Part shown: one piece after another, positions 40,099-52,814 of the stretch
How the letters are laid out: each line of letters opens with the position of its first letter
How positions within the stretch are numbered: the first letter of the stretch is position 1
From: an uncultured Candidatus Rokubacteria bacterium
Lineage (GTDB): Bacteria; Methylomirabilota; Methylomirabilia; Rokubacteriales; CSP1-6
Direction: 5' to 3'
Assembly (NCBI GenBank): GCA_963762145.1
Contig: CAVXJS010000009.1
Location: 672,001 to 736,000 of the forward strand
Length of the DNA stretch: 64,000 nucleotides
Made by a program: the position numbers and the translations under genes
The notes under the pieces: model-generated
What the model saw: only the letters and a program-made list of their open reading frames with translations
Database searches by the model: none
What the model was told of the DNA's origin: nothing

Positions 40099-40144
40099 GG
40101 TTTTTCTCTGCTCCCAAATTGGGGGCGCACGTAAGATAGGGGCA

Positions 40145-41080
40145 GTGCGCGCCACCTCCGTCCTCGCCCTCAGCGTGGTCTGTTGGCTCGTCGCAGCGCC
40201 GGCTCCCGCTCAGACCACCAGCCCGAATAGCCGGCCGCTCGCGCTGAGTGCGGAGTCCGTTCTCCTGCTCGACACCCAAGGCCGGGTGCTGTACGCCAAG
40301 AGGCCCGCCGAGGACCACGCCCCCGCGAGCCTCGTCAAGCTCATGACGCTCTACCTCGCCTGCGAGGCGCTCGACGCCGGGCGCGCGCAGTGGGAGGACC
40401 CGGTGCTGGTGAGCCATCGCGCGGCCCTCACCCCTCGCTATCGCATGGGCCTGCGTACCGGCGAGTCCGCGCCGCTGCGCACGCTGCTCGAGGGCGTGGC
40501 CATCGCCTCCGCCAACGACGCGGCCACCGCGGTAGCCGAGCATCTGGGCGGCACCGAGGACGCCTTCGTGGCCGCGATGAACGCCAAGGCCGAGGAGCTC
40601 GGGCTCACCCACACGCGCTTCGCCAATGCCCACGGCCTGCCCGATCCCTCCCAGCGCAGCACCGCGGAGGATCTGGCCCGGCTGACCCAGCGCCTGCTCG
40701 AGGACTATCCCTCGTCGCGTCCCCTGCTGGGTGGCGCCACGTTCGTCTACCGCGGCCGCGTCTACAGCCGGCGCATCCCGCTCTTCCAGGACCCGGGTGG
40801 CGTGCAGGCGCTCAAGACCGGGTTCACGCGCGAGGCGGGCTACAATCTGGCCATCTCCGCGTGGAAGTCCGGGCAGCACTTCGTGCTGATCGTGCTCGGC
40901 TCGCAGACGCGGAGCCTCTCGTTCCGCGACGCGAAGACCGTGCTCCGCTACGGCTTCTACGAGACGGGCCTCGAGATCGCGCCGCCCGCGCCGGCCCCGC
41001 CGGTCAAGCGCAAGCCTCCGGTGTCCCCGCGGCGTCCGGGCGAGCGCCGGCCGCGCGCGGCGCTGCCCCCCGCGCGCTGA
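40145..41080 (+). CDS. dacA: D-alanyl-D-alanine carboxypeptidase (peptidase S11)
   Basis: SLVK, SAN and KTG motifs; FANAHGL. Confidence 0.9.
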   Translation: MRATSVLALSVVCWLVAAPAPAQTTSPNSRPLALSAESVLLLDTQGRVLYAKRPAEDHAPASLVKLMTLYLACEALDAGRAQWEDPVLVSHRAALTPRYRMGLRTGESAPLRTLLEGVAIASANDAATAVAEHLGGTEDAFVAAMNAKAEELGLTHTRFANAHGLPDPSQRSTAEDLARLTQRLLEDYPSSRPLLGGATFVYRGRVYSRRIPLFQDPGGVQALKTGFTREAGYNLAISAWKSGQHFVLIVLGSQTRSLSFRDAKTVLRYGFYETGLEIAPPAPAPPVKRKPPVSPRRPGERRPRAALPPAR

Positions 41081-41745
41081 TGGCGCCGCCGCGCGCGTTC
41101 GTCTTCGACGCCTACGGCACGCTCTTCGACGTCCACTCCATCGTGGACGTCGCGCGGGCCATCGCCCCCGACCCGCAGGCCCTCTCGCTCCTCTGGCGCC
41201 AGAAGCAGCTCGAGTACACGTGGCTCCGCTCGCTCATGGAGCGCTACGAGGACTTCTGGGTCGTGACCGGCCTGGCCCTGCGCTACGCGATGAGGCGCCT
41301 CGGCATCACCGCCACCGAAGCCCAGGTCGCCGCGCTGATGGACGCCTATCTCGCCCTGCTCCCGTTCCCGGAGGTGCCGTCGGCCCTCCGAGGGCTGGCG
41401 GGCACCCCGCTCGCCATCCTCTCCAATGGCTCGCCGCGCATGCTGGAGGGCGCGGTGCGCTCGAGCGGGCTCGACGGCGTCTTCGCCCACGTCCTCTCGG
41501 TGGACGCGGTGCGGGTCTACAAGCCGTCGCCGCGGGTCTACGAGCTGGCGCCGCTGGCGCTCGGGGTGACGCCGGGCGAGATTCTCTTCGTGTCGTCCAA
41601 CGGGTGGGACGTGGCGGGCGCCGCCGCCTTCGGCTTCCGGACCTGCTGGTGCAACCGCGCCAACGCGCCCGCGGAGGAGCTGGACGTGACGCCCGACTAC
41701 GAGGTGGACCGGCTGGACGCGATCGCGGACAAGCTGGGCATCTGA
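41080..41745 (+). CDS. Haloacid dehalogenase type II
   Basis: FDAYGTLFD, WRQKQLEY, YKPSP, SSNGWD. Confidence 0.93.
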   Translation: MAPPRAFVFDAYGTLFDVHSIVDVARAIAPDPQALSLLWRQKQLEYTWLRSLMERYEDFWVVTGLALRYAMRRLGITATEAQVAALMDAYLALLPFPEVPSALRGLAGTPLAILSNGSPRMLEGAVRSSGLDGVFAHVLSVDAVRVYKPSPRVYELAPLALGVTPGEILFVSSNGWDVAGAAAFGFRTCWCNRANAPAEELDVTPDYEVDRLDAIADKLGI

Positions 41746-41824
41746 CGATCGCGGGCTGTCATGCGGCGGAGCGTCCTGGGGCGCCGGGCGGGGTCAGGAC
41801 GATCCGCTCGCAGCGAACGGGGAC

Positions 41825-41983
41825 TTACTTCTTGGCCAGCCGCTTCCGCTTCACGTAGGCCCAGATCTTCTTGGTCATCTCCGAGGGGCCGATGGGCGTC
41901 TTGCCCATGACCGACTCGAGCGTGTCGCTGCAGCCCTTGAAGTTGATGGAATATCCGCCAAACGCCAGCTTCTTCTTGGCCAT
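41825..41983 (-). CDS. 52-aa basic protein resembling the N-terminal half of a SWIB/MDM2 domain
   Basis: GGAGG RBS; MAKKKLAFGGYSINFKGCSDTLESVMGKTPIGPSEMTKKIWAYVKRKRLAKK; near-total GC3 bias; absent from the ORF track. Confidence 0.8.
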   Translation of the reverse strand: MAKKKLAFGGYSINFKGCSDTLESVMGKTPIGPSEMTKKIWAYVKRKRLAKK

Positions 41984-42091
41984 TCGTCATTCCTCCCTCG
42001 TTAGGTTATTAGGGGTCCTGCCCGGCGCCCCCCGAAACGGCCGAGGGTATTATGGCCGGACTCCGAGGGAGAGAAAAGCGAAAAATACAAT

Positions 42092-42159
42092 CCCTAGGGG
42101 GTCCCCACGAGGGAGAGACTACCCCGTGGGGGTATACCCCCGGGGGGTCCCCCTACCCC
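42092..42159. repeat. G/C-run palindromic extragenic element
   Basis: GGGGGTCCCC twice around GGGGGTATACCCCC. Confidence 0.5.
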
Positions 42160-43305
42160 TCAGCGCTGCCCCGCGAACGCGGGCATCACGTCCCGCGCGA
42201 ACCAGCGGAGCTGCTCCTTGAACTCGGCGGGCGGGATGCCTTCCGCCCAGTGGATCATGCACTGGTCGAGCCCGGGATAGCGGGCCTCGATCCCGCGGAT
42301 CGTCTCGATCACCTCGGCCGGCCGGCCCACCAGCCACGCCTTCTGCTCGACGCCCTCGCGCAGCGTCGGCACGCGGGCGGGCGCCCCCGGCGTGCCCCAC
42401 GACCGCCCCTGCTCGTCGGCGTAGCGCACGAAGCCGAAGGGCGCGAACCACTTGTAGCGCTCGTCGTGGGCGGGCTCGAGGCGGCGGATCGCTTCCTCGC
42501 GCGAGTCGGCCAGGTAGAGACCCACGCCCCAGCAGAGATCCTCGCCGAGCTCCTTGGGCCGCCCGTGCCGGACGCAGGCGTCGCGGTAGGCCCGCGCGAC
42601 CTGGTCGAGCACCTTCTCCCCGTTGAGCGTCACCATCGCCTTGAGGCCCATGCGGCCCATGTAGTCGATCGTCTTGCCGCTCGCGATCGGCATCCAGATC
42701 TCGACCGGCCGGTGGATCGGGCGCGGCACGCAGGTGACCTCGCGCAGCCGGTAGCCACGGTAGTCCACGTCGGGCGGGATCACGTAGTGCTTGCCCCGGT
42801 GGCTCCACGATTCCTCGTTGAAGCACTTGAGCAGCACCTCCATCTGCTCCTCGAACAGCTCCCGGTTGGCCGCCGCGTCGAGCAGCGGCGCCCCGAGCGA
42901 CTCGACTTCACGAGTGTGATAACCACGCCCTACGCCCATGATCACGCGGCCATTGGTCACGATGTCGGCCATCGCGTAGTCCTCGGCCAGCCGCACCGGA
43001 TGCCACATGGGCAGGATGTTGAAGGCGCAGCCGAGCTTGAGGCGCCGCGTCTGGGTGGCGAGCCACAGGGAGAGCTGCACGAGGTTGGGCAACACCTCGT
43101 AGCCTTCCTTCTGGAAGTGGTGCTCGGCCGTCCACAGGCAGTAGTAGCCGAGCTCGTCCATGAGCTGGGCCACCTCCTTGGAGGTCTGGAACGCCTCGAT
43201 CAGCCGCTCGTTCGGATAGGCGCGCTGCTCGGTCGGCGTCCCGTTGATGCCGACGTTCTCCAGCTCGATCTGCCCCACGTAGAGGACCGAGAATTTCGTG
43301 ATCAC
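42160..43305 (-). CDS. LLM-class flavin-dependent oxidoreductase
   Basis: WTAEHHF, HPVRLAED, GVGRGY. Confidence 0.93.
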   Translation of the reverse strand: MITKFSVLYVGQIELENVGINGTPTEQRAYPNERLIEAFQTSKEVAQLMDELGYYCLWTAEHHFQKEGYEVLPNLVQLSLWLATQTRRLKLGCAFNILPMWHPVRLAEDYAMADIVTNGRVIMGVGRGYHTREVESLGAPLLDAAANRELFEEQMEVLLKCFNEESWSHRGKHYVIPPDVDYRGYRLREVTCVPRPIHRPVEIWMPIASGKTIDYMGRMGLKAMVTLNGEKVLDQVARAYRDACVRHGRPKELGEDLCWGVGLYLADSREEAIRRLEPAHDERYKWFAPFGFVRYADEQGRSWGTPGAPARVPTLREGVEQKAWLVGRPAEVIETIRGIEARYPGLDQCMIHWAEGIPPAEFKEQLRWFARDVMPAFAGQR

Positions 43306-44093
43306 TTGGCTCTCCAGCCTCCGTCGACCACCATCGAGTGTCCCGTGATGTAGCCCGCCTCGTCCGAGGCCAGGTAGCAGACCGCGGACGCGATCTCCTC
43401 GACCGTTCCGCGCCGGCCCGCCGGGGTGATCTTCTGCACCGCCGCGTCGTCCACCGCGATGCCGCGCCCGCTCATATCGGGCACGCCGGGGCCGAGGATC
43501 TGCTGGGAGTGCGCCCGGAGACCGGTCAGGATCGGCCCGGGGCAGACCGCGTTGATCGTGATGCCGCGGCCCGAGTAGGTCACCGCCATCTGGCGCGTGA
43601 GGCCGATCACCCCGTGCTTCGACGCGACGTAGGCCGCGCCGCCGCCGGTGCCGTTGAGGCCGGCCACCGAGGCCATGTTGACGATACGGCCGCGGCCCCG
43701 GGGCAGCATCTCCTTGAGGGCGCGCTTGCAGCCGTGGAAGACCCCGGTCAGGTTGATCCCGATCACCCGGGTCCAGACCGCGTCGTCGGTCTCGTCCACG
43801 TTGAAGTAGCCGTCGAGGATGCCCGCGTTGTTCACCATGATGTCGAGCGCGCCGAGCTGGCTCACCGCGGTCGTCACCGCGCGGTCCACATCGGAGGCCG
43901 CGCTCGTGTCCGCCTGGACGGCGATGCCCTTGCCGCGCGCGCCCATCAGCAGGCGCGCCGTCTCCGCCGCGCTGCCGCCGTCGATGTCCACCGCGGCCAC
44001 GCGCGCCCCGCGGGCCGCCAGCGCCTGGGCGATCCCTCGCCCGATCCCCGACCCGGCCCCCGTCACCACCGCCACCCTGTCCTGTAGATCCAC
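43302..44093 (-). CDS. SDR family oxidoreductase
   Basis: TGAGSGIG, NNAG, YVASK. Confidence 0.95.
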   Translation of the reverse strand: MDLQDRVAVVTGAGSGIGRGIAQALAARGARVAAVDIDGGSAAETARLLMGARGKGIAVQADTSAASDVDRAVTTAVSQLGALDIMVNNAGILDGYFNVDETDDAVWTRVIGINLTGVFHGCKRALKEMLPRGRGRIVNMASVAGLNGTGGGAAYVASKHGVIGLTRQMAVTYSGRGITINAVCPGPILTGLRAHSQQILGPGVPDMSGRGIAVDDAAVQKITPAGRRGTVEEIASAVCYLASDEAGYITGHSMVVDGGWRAK

Positions 44094-44108
44094 CGTCTCC
44101 CCCGAAAT

Positions 44109-44157
44109 GGGGTCAGGTCTTACATTCCGACAATGTGTGAATGTAAGACCTGACCCC
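44109..44157. repeat. Perfect 19-bp inverted repeat (REP-like)
   Basis: GGGGTCAGGTCTTACATTC-11 nt-GAATGTAAGACCTGACCCC. Confidence 0.85.
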
Positions 44158-44160
44158 GGG

Positions 44161-45783
44161 CTAGATTGCCAGGGCGTAGCCGTCGCGGCGGGGGTCGGCG
44201 CCCGCCATCAGCGCGCCCGACTCCGGGTCCCGCGCGACGCCCTGCCCGCCGCCCACTACCCACGACCAGTCGTCGATGACATTGATCTGGTGCCCGCGCC
44301 GGCCGAGCTCGGCGCGCGTGGCCTCGGTGACGCGCGACTCCGCGTCGACCAGGCGATCGCGATAGACGCGGATGCGCGGCGCCTCGATGGCCTCCTGCAG
44401 GTTGAGCCCGAACTCCAGGACGTTGAGCAACATCTGGGGCTGGGTCTGGAGGATGCCGTAGGAGCCGGGCGTGCCGATGCTGAGCGCGAAGGCACCATCC
44501 TGGAACACCTGGGTCGGCGACATCATCGTGCCCGCCTTACGGCCCGGCTTGACCACGTTGGGCGAGGCCGGATCGCGGTCGCTCCACTTGAGGATGTTGT
44601 TCAGCACGAGCCCGGTGCCCGGCACCGCGAAGCCCGAGCCGAAGGGCGCGCCGAGCGTCTGGGTCACCGAGACGACCATGCCCTCGGCGTCCGCGCACGC
44701 GAAGTGCGTGGTCTGCTCGTTCTCGAACCTCGCCGGGTGGCCCTCGCTGATCTGCCCGGCGAGCTTCTTCGGGCTGTGCCGCTCGCCCTCGCTCACCGCG
44801 GCCCGCGCCGGGTCGATGCGCGCGCGCTGCGAGGCCGCGTAGGCCTTCGACACGAGCCCCTTGATCGGCGCGTTCCCGGAGTAGGCGTAGGCGAGCCGGT
44901 CCGCCGAGCCGATCTTGATCGCCTCGATCAGGTGGTGCAGGTAGTCGGGCGAGTTGTGCCCCCAGCCCGCCAGGTCGTAGCCCTCGAGGATGTTCAGCGT
45001 CTCGAGCATCTGGAAGGCGGAGAAGGGCGGCGGCACCGAGCAGACCTCGCGCCCCCGATAGGTGATGGACAGCGGCTGGCGCCACTCGGGCGTGAACGCG
45101 GCCAGATCCGCCTCGGAGAGCCAGCCGCCCGCCTCGGTCACCGCGCGGGCGATCGCCTTGGCAATGGGGCCCCGGTAGAAGGCCTCCGCGCCCCCCTCCA
45201 CGACCTGGCGCAGCGTCGCGGCCAGCTCCTTGTACGTGACGATCTTCCCCGGGCGCGGCCCGCCGTTGCCGAGATAGAGCCGGCCCGCCTCCGCGGAGCG
45301 GCCGAGGGTGGCCCGCGCCTGCTCGAAGAACTTCACGCTGGCGAAGGTCAGCGGCACCCCGTTCTCGGCCAGGTCGATGGCGGGCGCCAGCACCCGGGCG
45401 CGCGGCATGCTACCGAAGCGGTCGAGCGCGGCCATCCACCCGCCCAGGTTGCCGGGCGTCGCGCAGGCCTTCGGGCCGCCCGCCAGCTCGTCCTCGGTGC
45501 ACTTCCGGGCGTCGGCCGCGAGCGGGGCGGGGCCGATGAAGTCCAGCACGTGGCGCTCACGCGTCCGCGCCTTCGAGATGAACATGAGGCCGATGCCGCC
45601 CGCGCTCGACATGAACGGCTCGACGACGTTCAAGGTCGAGCCGACCGCGACGGCGGCGTCCACCGCGTTGCCGCCCTCGAGCAGCACGCGGATGCCGGCC
45701 ATGGAGGCGAGCGGGTGGGCCGAGGCGACGGCGCCGCGAGTACCCATGACGGTCGGGCGGTAAGCGTGACGGTGCGGGGGCAT
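44161..45783 (-). CDS. ggt: Gamma-glutamyltransferase family protein
   Basis: GGNAVDAA, TTHF autocleavage site, GADPRRDG. Confidence 0.93.
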   Translation of the reverse strand: MPPHRHAYRPTVMGTRGAVASAHPLASMAGIRVLLEGGNAVDAAVAVGSTLNVVEPFMSSAGGIGLMFISKARTRERHVLDFIGPAPLAADARKCTEDELAGGPKACATPGNLGGWMAALDRFGSMPRARVLAPAIDLAENGVPLTFASVKFFEQARATLGRSAEAGRLYLGNGGPRPGKIVTYKELAATLRQVVEGGAEAFYRGPIAKAIARAVTEAGGWLSEADLAAFTPEWRQPLSITYRGREVCSVPPPFSAFQMLETLNILEGYDLAGWGHNSPDYLHHLIEAIKIGSADRLAYAYSGNAPIKGLVSKAYAASQRARIDPARAAVSEGERHSPKKLAGQISEGHPARFENEQTTHFACADAEGMVVSVTQTLGAPFGSGFAVPGTGLVLNNILKWSDRDPASPNVVKPGRKAGTMMSPTQVFQDGAFALSIGTPGSYGILQTQPQMLLNVLEFGLNLQEAIEAPRIRVYRDRLVDAESRVTEATRAELGRRGHQINVIDDWSWVVGGGQGVARDPESGALMAGADPRRDGYALAI

Positions 45784-45835
45784 GTGGTCTCCTCCGGAGC
45801 TGGAGTCGTTGCCCGCATGGTAGGCTCTAGCCCGG

Positions 45836-46219
45836 ATGGACGCAAGAAGCCCCGAGCTCGCTCGCGCCAAGTACATCTACGTCACGACCTACAGCCAGGC
45901 GGGCAAGCCCGGCACCGTCCCCACGTGGCTCTGGCCCCACGAGGACGCGATCTACTTCACGACGAAGCGCGACAGCGTCAAGGCGCGGCGCATCCGCAAC
46001 AACGGGCGCGTGACCATCCACGTGGGGAGCAAGGACGGCCCTTCGTTCGAGGGGCGCGCGGAATGGGTGGACGGGCGGCCGGACCTGGAGACGGCGCTGC
46101 TCGCCACGTACCGCCGCAAGTACTGGGCGCTGGTGCCGCTCTTCATGGGGCGCTACATCCGTCGGGGCCTCGCGGCCAAGACCAGCGTGCTCATCCGGGT
46201 CACGCCCGTGACTCGGTGA
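45836..46219 (+). CDS. Pyridoxamine 5'-phosphate oxidase-like split-barrel protein
   Basis: TTYSQAGKPGTVPTW, KARRIRNNGRV, YRRKY. Confidence 0.85.
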   Translation: MDARSPELARAKYIYVTTYSQAGKPGTVPTWLWPHEDAIYFTTKRDSVKARRIRNNGRVTIHVGSKDGPSFEGRAEWVDGRPDLETALLATYRRKYWALVPLFMGRYIRRGLAAKTSVLIRVTPVTR

Positions 46220-46297
46220 CCGACCGCTCCCGGCTCCGAAGGCGCGTCCCGGCGCCCCTTCCCGACCGGCGCCCGCCGAGCGAGGCCATGGGGTAGG

Positions 46298-47353
46298 ATG
46301 GCGACGATGGCCGCGTTCGAGACGGCTCCGCCCGACCTCAAGCCGCTGCTGGGAGAGCGGATCAGCCGGCTCGGGCTCAAGCTCGAAGGCTCTCCCATGG
46401 AGCGGTACGTGAGCGACCTCTACCGGGAGCTCGAGGCCAAGGGACTCAAGCGCTTCCGCCCGCCCACCTACTTCACCGACGAGTGGGGGTGCCCGTCCGA
46501 GGAGCCCATCATCGGCATCCCCTTCTACCTGGCCGACGCACAGCTGTCTCGACTCGAGAAGCAGTTCGACGACCTCGAGGACGTCCGCGAGATCCGCATG
46601 TACCTGCGCCACGAAGCGGGCCACGCCTTCAACTACGCGTACAAGCTCTTCGAGACGCCGGAGTGGCGCGAGCGGTTCGGGCCGTTCAACCGGCCCTACC
46701 GCGATCGGTATCGACCGGTCCCCTTCCATCGCGGCTTCGTGCGTCACATGGAGGGCTGGTACGCCCAGAAGCATCCGGACGAGGACTTCGCGGAGACGTT
46801 CGCGGTCTGGCTCACCCCCCGGTCGCGATGGCGTCAACGCTACAAGGGTTGGCCCGCCATGGACAAGCTGCGCTACGTCGACCGCCTGGCTCACAAGCTG
46901 GGCGACGTCGAGCCGGTGGTGCGGCTGGCCTCCACCGACATCACGGTCGAAGAGATGAACATGACGGTGGAGGAGTTCTTTCGCGCTCAGGAGCCCGAGA
47001 GCCCGCCGGTCGACGTCGCCCTCGAGCACGACCTCGCCGATCTCTTCGTCCGCCGCCGCAAGGGCCTGCGGCCGGCCGCCGACTTCGTCCGGGAGCACCG
47101 CGCCGGGCTCATCAACAAGATCGAATACTGGACCGGGGTGCGCCGCAGCGTCGTGCGCGCGCTCGTAGACCGTATGGTCGAGACCACCGACCGTCTCCGG
47201 CTCGCGGTGCCCGCCGACGGGGAGGCGACCACGCTCGTCGAGCTGACCACGTATGCGACCACCCTCACCATGAACTTCCTCACCTTCGGCAGCTTCGTGC
47301 CCCGGGCCCGCCGGCCTCCTCGCCGCACCAGCCGGGCCTCGGGCAGCCGATGA
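46298..47353 (+). CDS. Putative zinc-binding metallopeptidase
   Basis: LRHEAGH and YAQKHPDEDFAETFAVW. Confidence 0.85.
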   Translation: MATMAAFETAPPDLKPLLGERISRLGLKLEGSPMERYVSDLYRELEAKGLKRFRPPTYFTDEWGCPSEEPIIGIPFYLADAQLSRLEKQFDDLEDVREIRMYLRHEAGHAFNYAYKLFETPEWRERFGPFNRPYRDRYRPVPFHRGFVRHMEGWYAQKHPDEDFAETFAVWLTPRSRWRQRYKGWPAMDKLRYVDRLAHKLGDVEPVVRLASTDITVEEMNMTVEEFFRAQEPESPPVDVALEHDLADLFVRRRKGLRPAADFVREHRAGLINKIEYWTGVRRSVVRALVDRMVETTDRLRLAVPADGEATTLVELTTYATTLTMNFLTFGSFVPRARRPPRRTSRASGSR

Positions 47354-48351
47354 AGATCGTCGTCGCGCACGCCGCCGACGAGACGGTCGATCCGCCCCGG
47401 GGCCGGCGGGCGGCGCGCAAGACCGACGTCCAGGAGGTCGCCCACGTCCTGCGCGCCGCCGGCCACGACGTGGGAGGCATCGCGGTCGACGGCACCCCGG
47501 AGTGCCTGCGCGCGCTCATGCAGCTCAAGGCCGACCTGATCTTCAACCTGGTCGAGTCGTTCGGCGACGACAACTCCAAGGAGCCGCACGTCGCCGCGTA
47601 CTACGAGATGCTCGGGCTACCCTACACCGGCTCGAGCCCCCGCGGGCTCACGCTCGCCATGGACAAGGCGGTGGCCAAGAAGATCCTGGGTTTTCACAAC
47701 GTCGTCAGTCCGAAGTTCGCCGTCTTCTGGCGGGGCCGCCTCGACTGGGACGCGGACCACGTGGAATTCCCGGTCATCGTGAAGCCCCTCCGGGAGGACG
47801 GGTCCATCGGCATCGGCTTCGACGCGCTCGCGGGCAACATCAAGGAGCTCATGGAGCGAATCGACGGCCTCACCGCCGAGTTCAACGGCCCCGTCCTCAT
47901 CGAGCAGTACGTGGAGGGCCGCGAGATCTACATGGGGGTCCTCGGGAATTCGCCCCCGGCGGCCCTGCCGCCCGTCGAGCTGGACCTCTCCCACCTGCCG
48001 AAGGGCACGCCGCGGATTGCCGGCACGGAGGTGAAGTGGAGCGAGGGCACCCGGGCCTACCGGGGCAGCAAGGTCCGCATCCCGAAGCTGCCCAAGGCCG
48101 TGCTCGAAACCATGGAGCGCTACGCGCTCACCGCCTTCCAGGCCCTGGGCCTGCGCGACTATGCCCGCATCGATTTCCGCCTCGCCCAGGACACCGTCTA
48201 CATGATCGAGGCCAATCCCAACCCGTACCTGCACTCGGGCGCCGAGTTCATCCGGGCGGCGCGCGCCGCCGGACGCACGCACCCCGGCACCATCACCGAG
48301 ATCGTGGAGCTCGCGCGGGCGCGGTACCGGCGCCCCGCGCCGCCGAGGTGA
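47350..48351 (+). CDS. D-Ala-D-Ala ligase-like ATP-grasp enzyme
   Basis: FNLVE, PYTGS, MDK, IVKP..EDGSIGI, EQYVEGRE, YARIDFR, EANPNP; ATGA overlap with the peptidase. Confidence 0.9.
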   Translation: MKIVVAHAADETVDPPRGRRAARKTDVQEVAHVLRAAGHDVGGIAVDGTPECLRALMQLKADLIFNLVESFGDDNSKEPHVAAYYEMLGLPYTGSSPRGLTLAMDKAVAKKILGFHNVVSPKFAVFWRGRLDWDADHVEFPVIVKPLREDGSIGIGFDALAGNIKELMERIDGLTAEFNGPVLIEQYVEGREIYMGVLGNSPPAALPPVELDLSHLPKGTPRIAGTEVKWSEGTRAYRGSKVRIPKLPKAVLETMERYALTAFQALGLRDYARIDFRLAQDTVYMIEANPNPYLHSGAEFIRAARAAGRTHPGTITEIVELARARYRRPAPPR

Positions 48352-48421
48352 TCACGACCTCGGTGGGCCGGCCTCGGTGTCTTGACCGTCCGGGGCTTTG
48401 GACGTAGCATCCAGACAGCCA

Positions 48422-50166
<1,745 letters not shown>

Positions 50167-50175
50167 ACGCCCCGC

Positions 50176-50213
50176 CCCCTCACCCTGCTCTCTCCCCCTC
50201 ACGGGGGAGAGAG
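50176..50213. repeat. CCCCTCACCC...CTCTCCCC/GGGGAGAG REP-like element
   Basis: Same family as the two copies at 51678-51778. Confidence 0.8.
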
Positions 50214-50233
50214 TGAACGTGGAGCGACCGACC

Positions 50234-51667
<1,434 letters not shown>

Positions 51668-51677
51668 GGCGAACGAG

Positions 51678-51778
51678 CCCCTCACCCTGCCCTCTCCCCA
51701 GGGGGAGAGGGTGAGTTTGTGCTCTCGTGTCCGGTCCTCCCTCTCCCCCGCCCAGGGGGAGAGGGCAGGGTGAGGGGG
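51678..51778. repeat. Inverted pair of REP-like elements between convergent genes
   Basis: CCCCTCACCCTGCCCTCTCCCC...GGGGAGAGGG and its reverse complement. Confidence 0.85.
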
Positions 51779-51782
51779 ATGT

Positions 51783-52814
51783 CTAGCGGGGGAGAGACGC
51801 GACCAACGGCTCGAGGTTCTTCGGATCCGGCTTGAGCGTGCCCACGCCGTGCCGGCGCACCGCCGCGACCACCGCGTCGTTGACCGGCGTCGGGACGCCG
51901 AGGCGCTTGCCCTGCTGGCTGACGTAGCCGTTCAGGTAGTCGATCTCGGTGCGTCGCCCCTTCATGACGTCCTGGAGCATGGACGGCCGCCCGCCGGTGA
52001 GGAACTTCACGCTCGCGGCCATGTCGGCCTCGACCGCGTCCCAGCCCTTGCCCTGGGCCGCGTCCACGAAGCGCTTCGCGTCGATGCCGTAGATGGGCTC
52101 GACCTCGTGCCCGGCCGCGCGTCCCACCTGGATCACCTCCGCGGCCACGTGGATCGCGATGCGGCGCGGGATCGGCGCGGTGCGCACCTCGGCCGAGCCC
52201 AGCCCGCTCAGCCCGGCCAGCGGGTTGGCCATGCAGTTGACCGCGAGCTTGGACCAGCGCTCGCCCCACAGGTTGGTCGTCACCTTGGTGCCGGCCACGT
52301 CGTTCATCACCTTGGCCAGCGCCTGGGCACGCGGGGTGTCCCGGCCGTCGTGCTCGCCGATCTTGAAGCCGACCGAGCCGGAGTCGGTGCGCATGGCGTG
52401 GCCGGGCTCGTACATGCCGGCCCCGATCGTGATCACGCAGCCGAGGCAGCGCGACTTGCCCACCACCGAGGCCACCCGCTCGTCGTTGACCCCGTTCTGG
52501 AAGTCCACCACCACGCCGTCGGGCTGCGCGAGGTAGGCCAGCGCCATCTGGGCCGCCCACTCGGTGTCGTAGGACTTCACCGAGACGAAGACCGCCTCGA
52601 ACGGCGTGGCCACTCCCTGCAGCTCGTGGATGTGGAGCGCCTTGACCGGGATGAGGTGCTCTCCGCAGGTTCCGCTCAGCTTGAGCCCGCGGGTCTTCAT
52701 GGTCTCGATGTGCTCGGGCCACTGGTCCACGAGCGTGACGTCGTGCCCCGCCTTGGTGAGGAGTCCCCCGACCACGCAACCGATGGCGCCTGCCCCGATG
52801 ATCCCGATCCTCAT
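51783..52814 (-). CDS. panE: Ketopantoate reductase family protein
   Basis: IGAGAIG, VKSYD, QNG, WSKLAVN, SMLQD...RRTEIDYLNG. Confidence 0.9.
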   Translation of the reverse strand: MRIGIIGAGAIGCVVGGLLTKAGHDVTLVDQWPEHIETMKTRGLKLSGTCGEHLIPVKALHIHELQGVATPFEAVFVSVKSYDTEWAAQMALAYLAQPDGVVVDFQNGVNDERVASVVGKSRCLGCVITIGAGMYEPGHAMRTDSGSVGFKIGEHDGRDTPRAQALAKVMNDVAGTKVTTNLWGERWSKLAVNCMANPLAGLSGLGSAEVRTAPIPRRIAIHVAAEVIQVGRAAGHEVEPIYGIDAKRFVDAAQGKGWDAVEADMAASVKFLTGGRPSMLQDVMKGRRTEIDYLNGYVSQQGKRLGVPTPVNDAVVAAVRRHGVGTLKPDPKNLEPLVASLPR

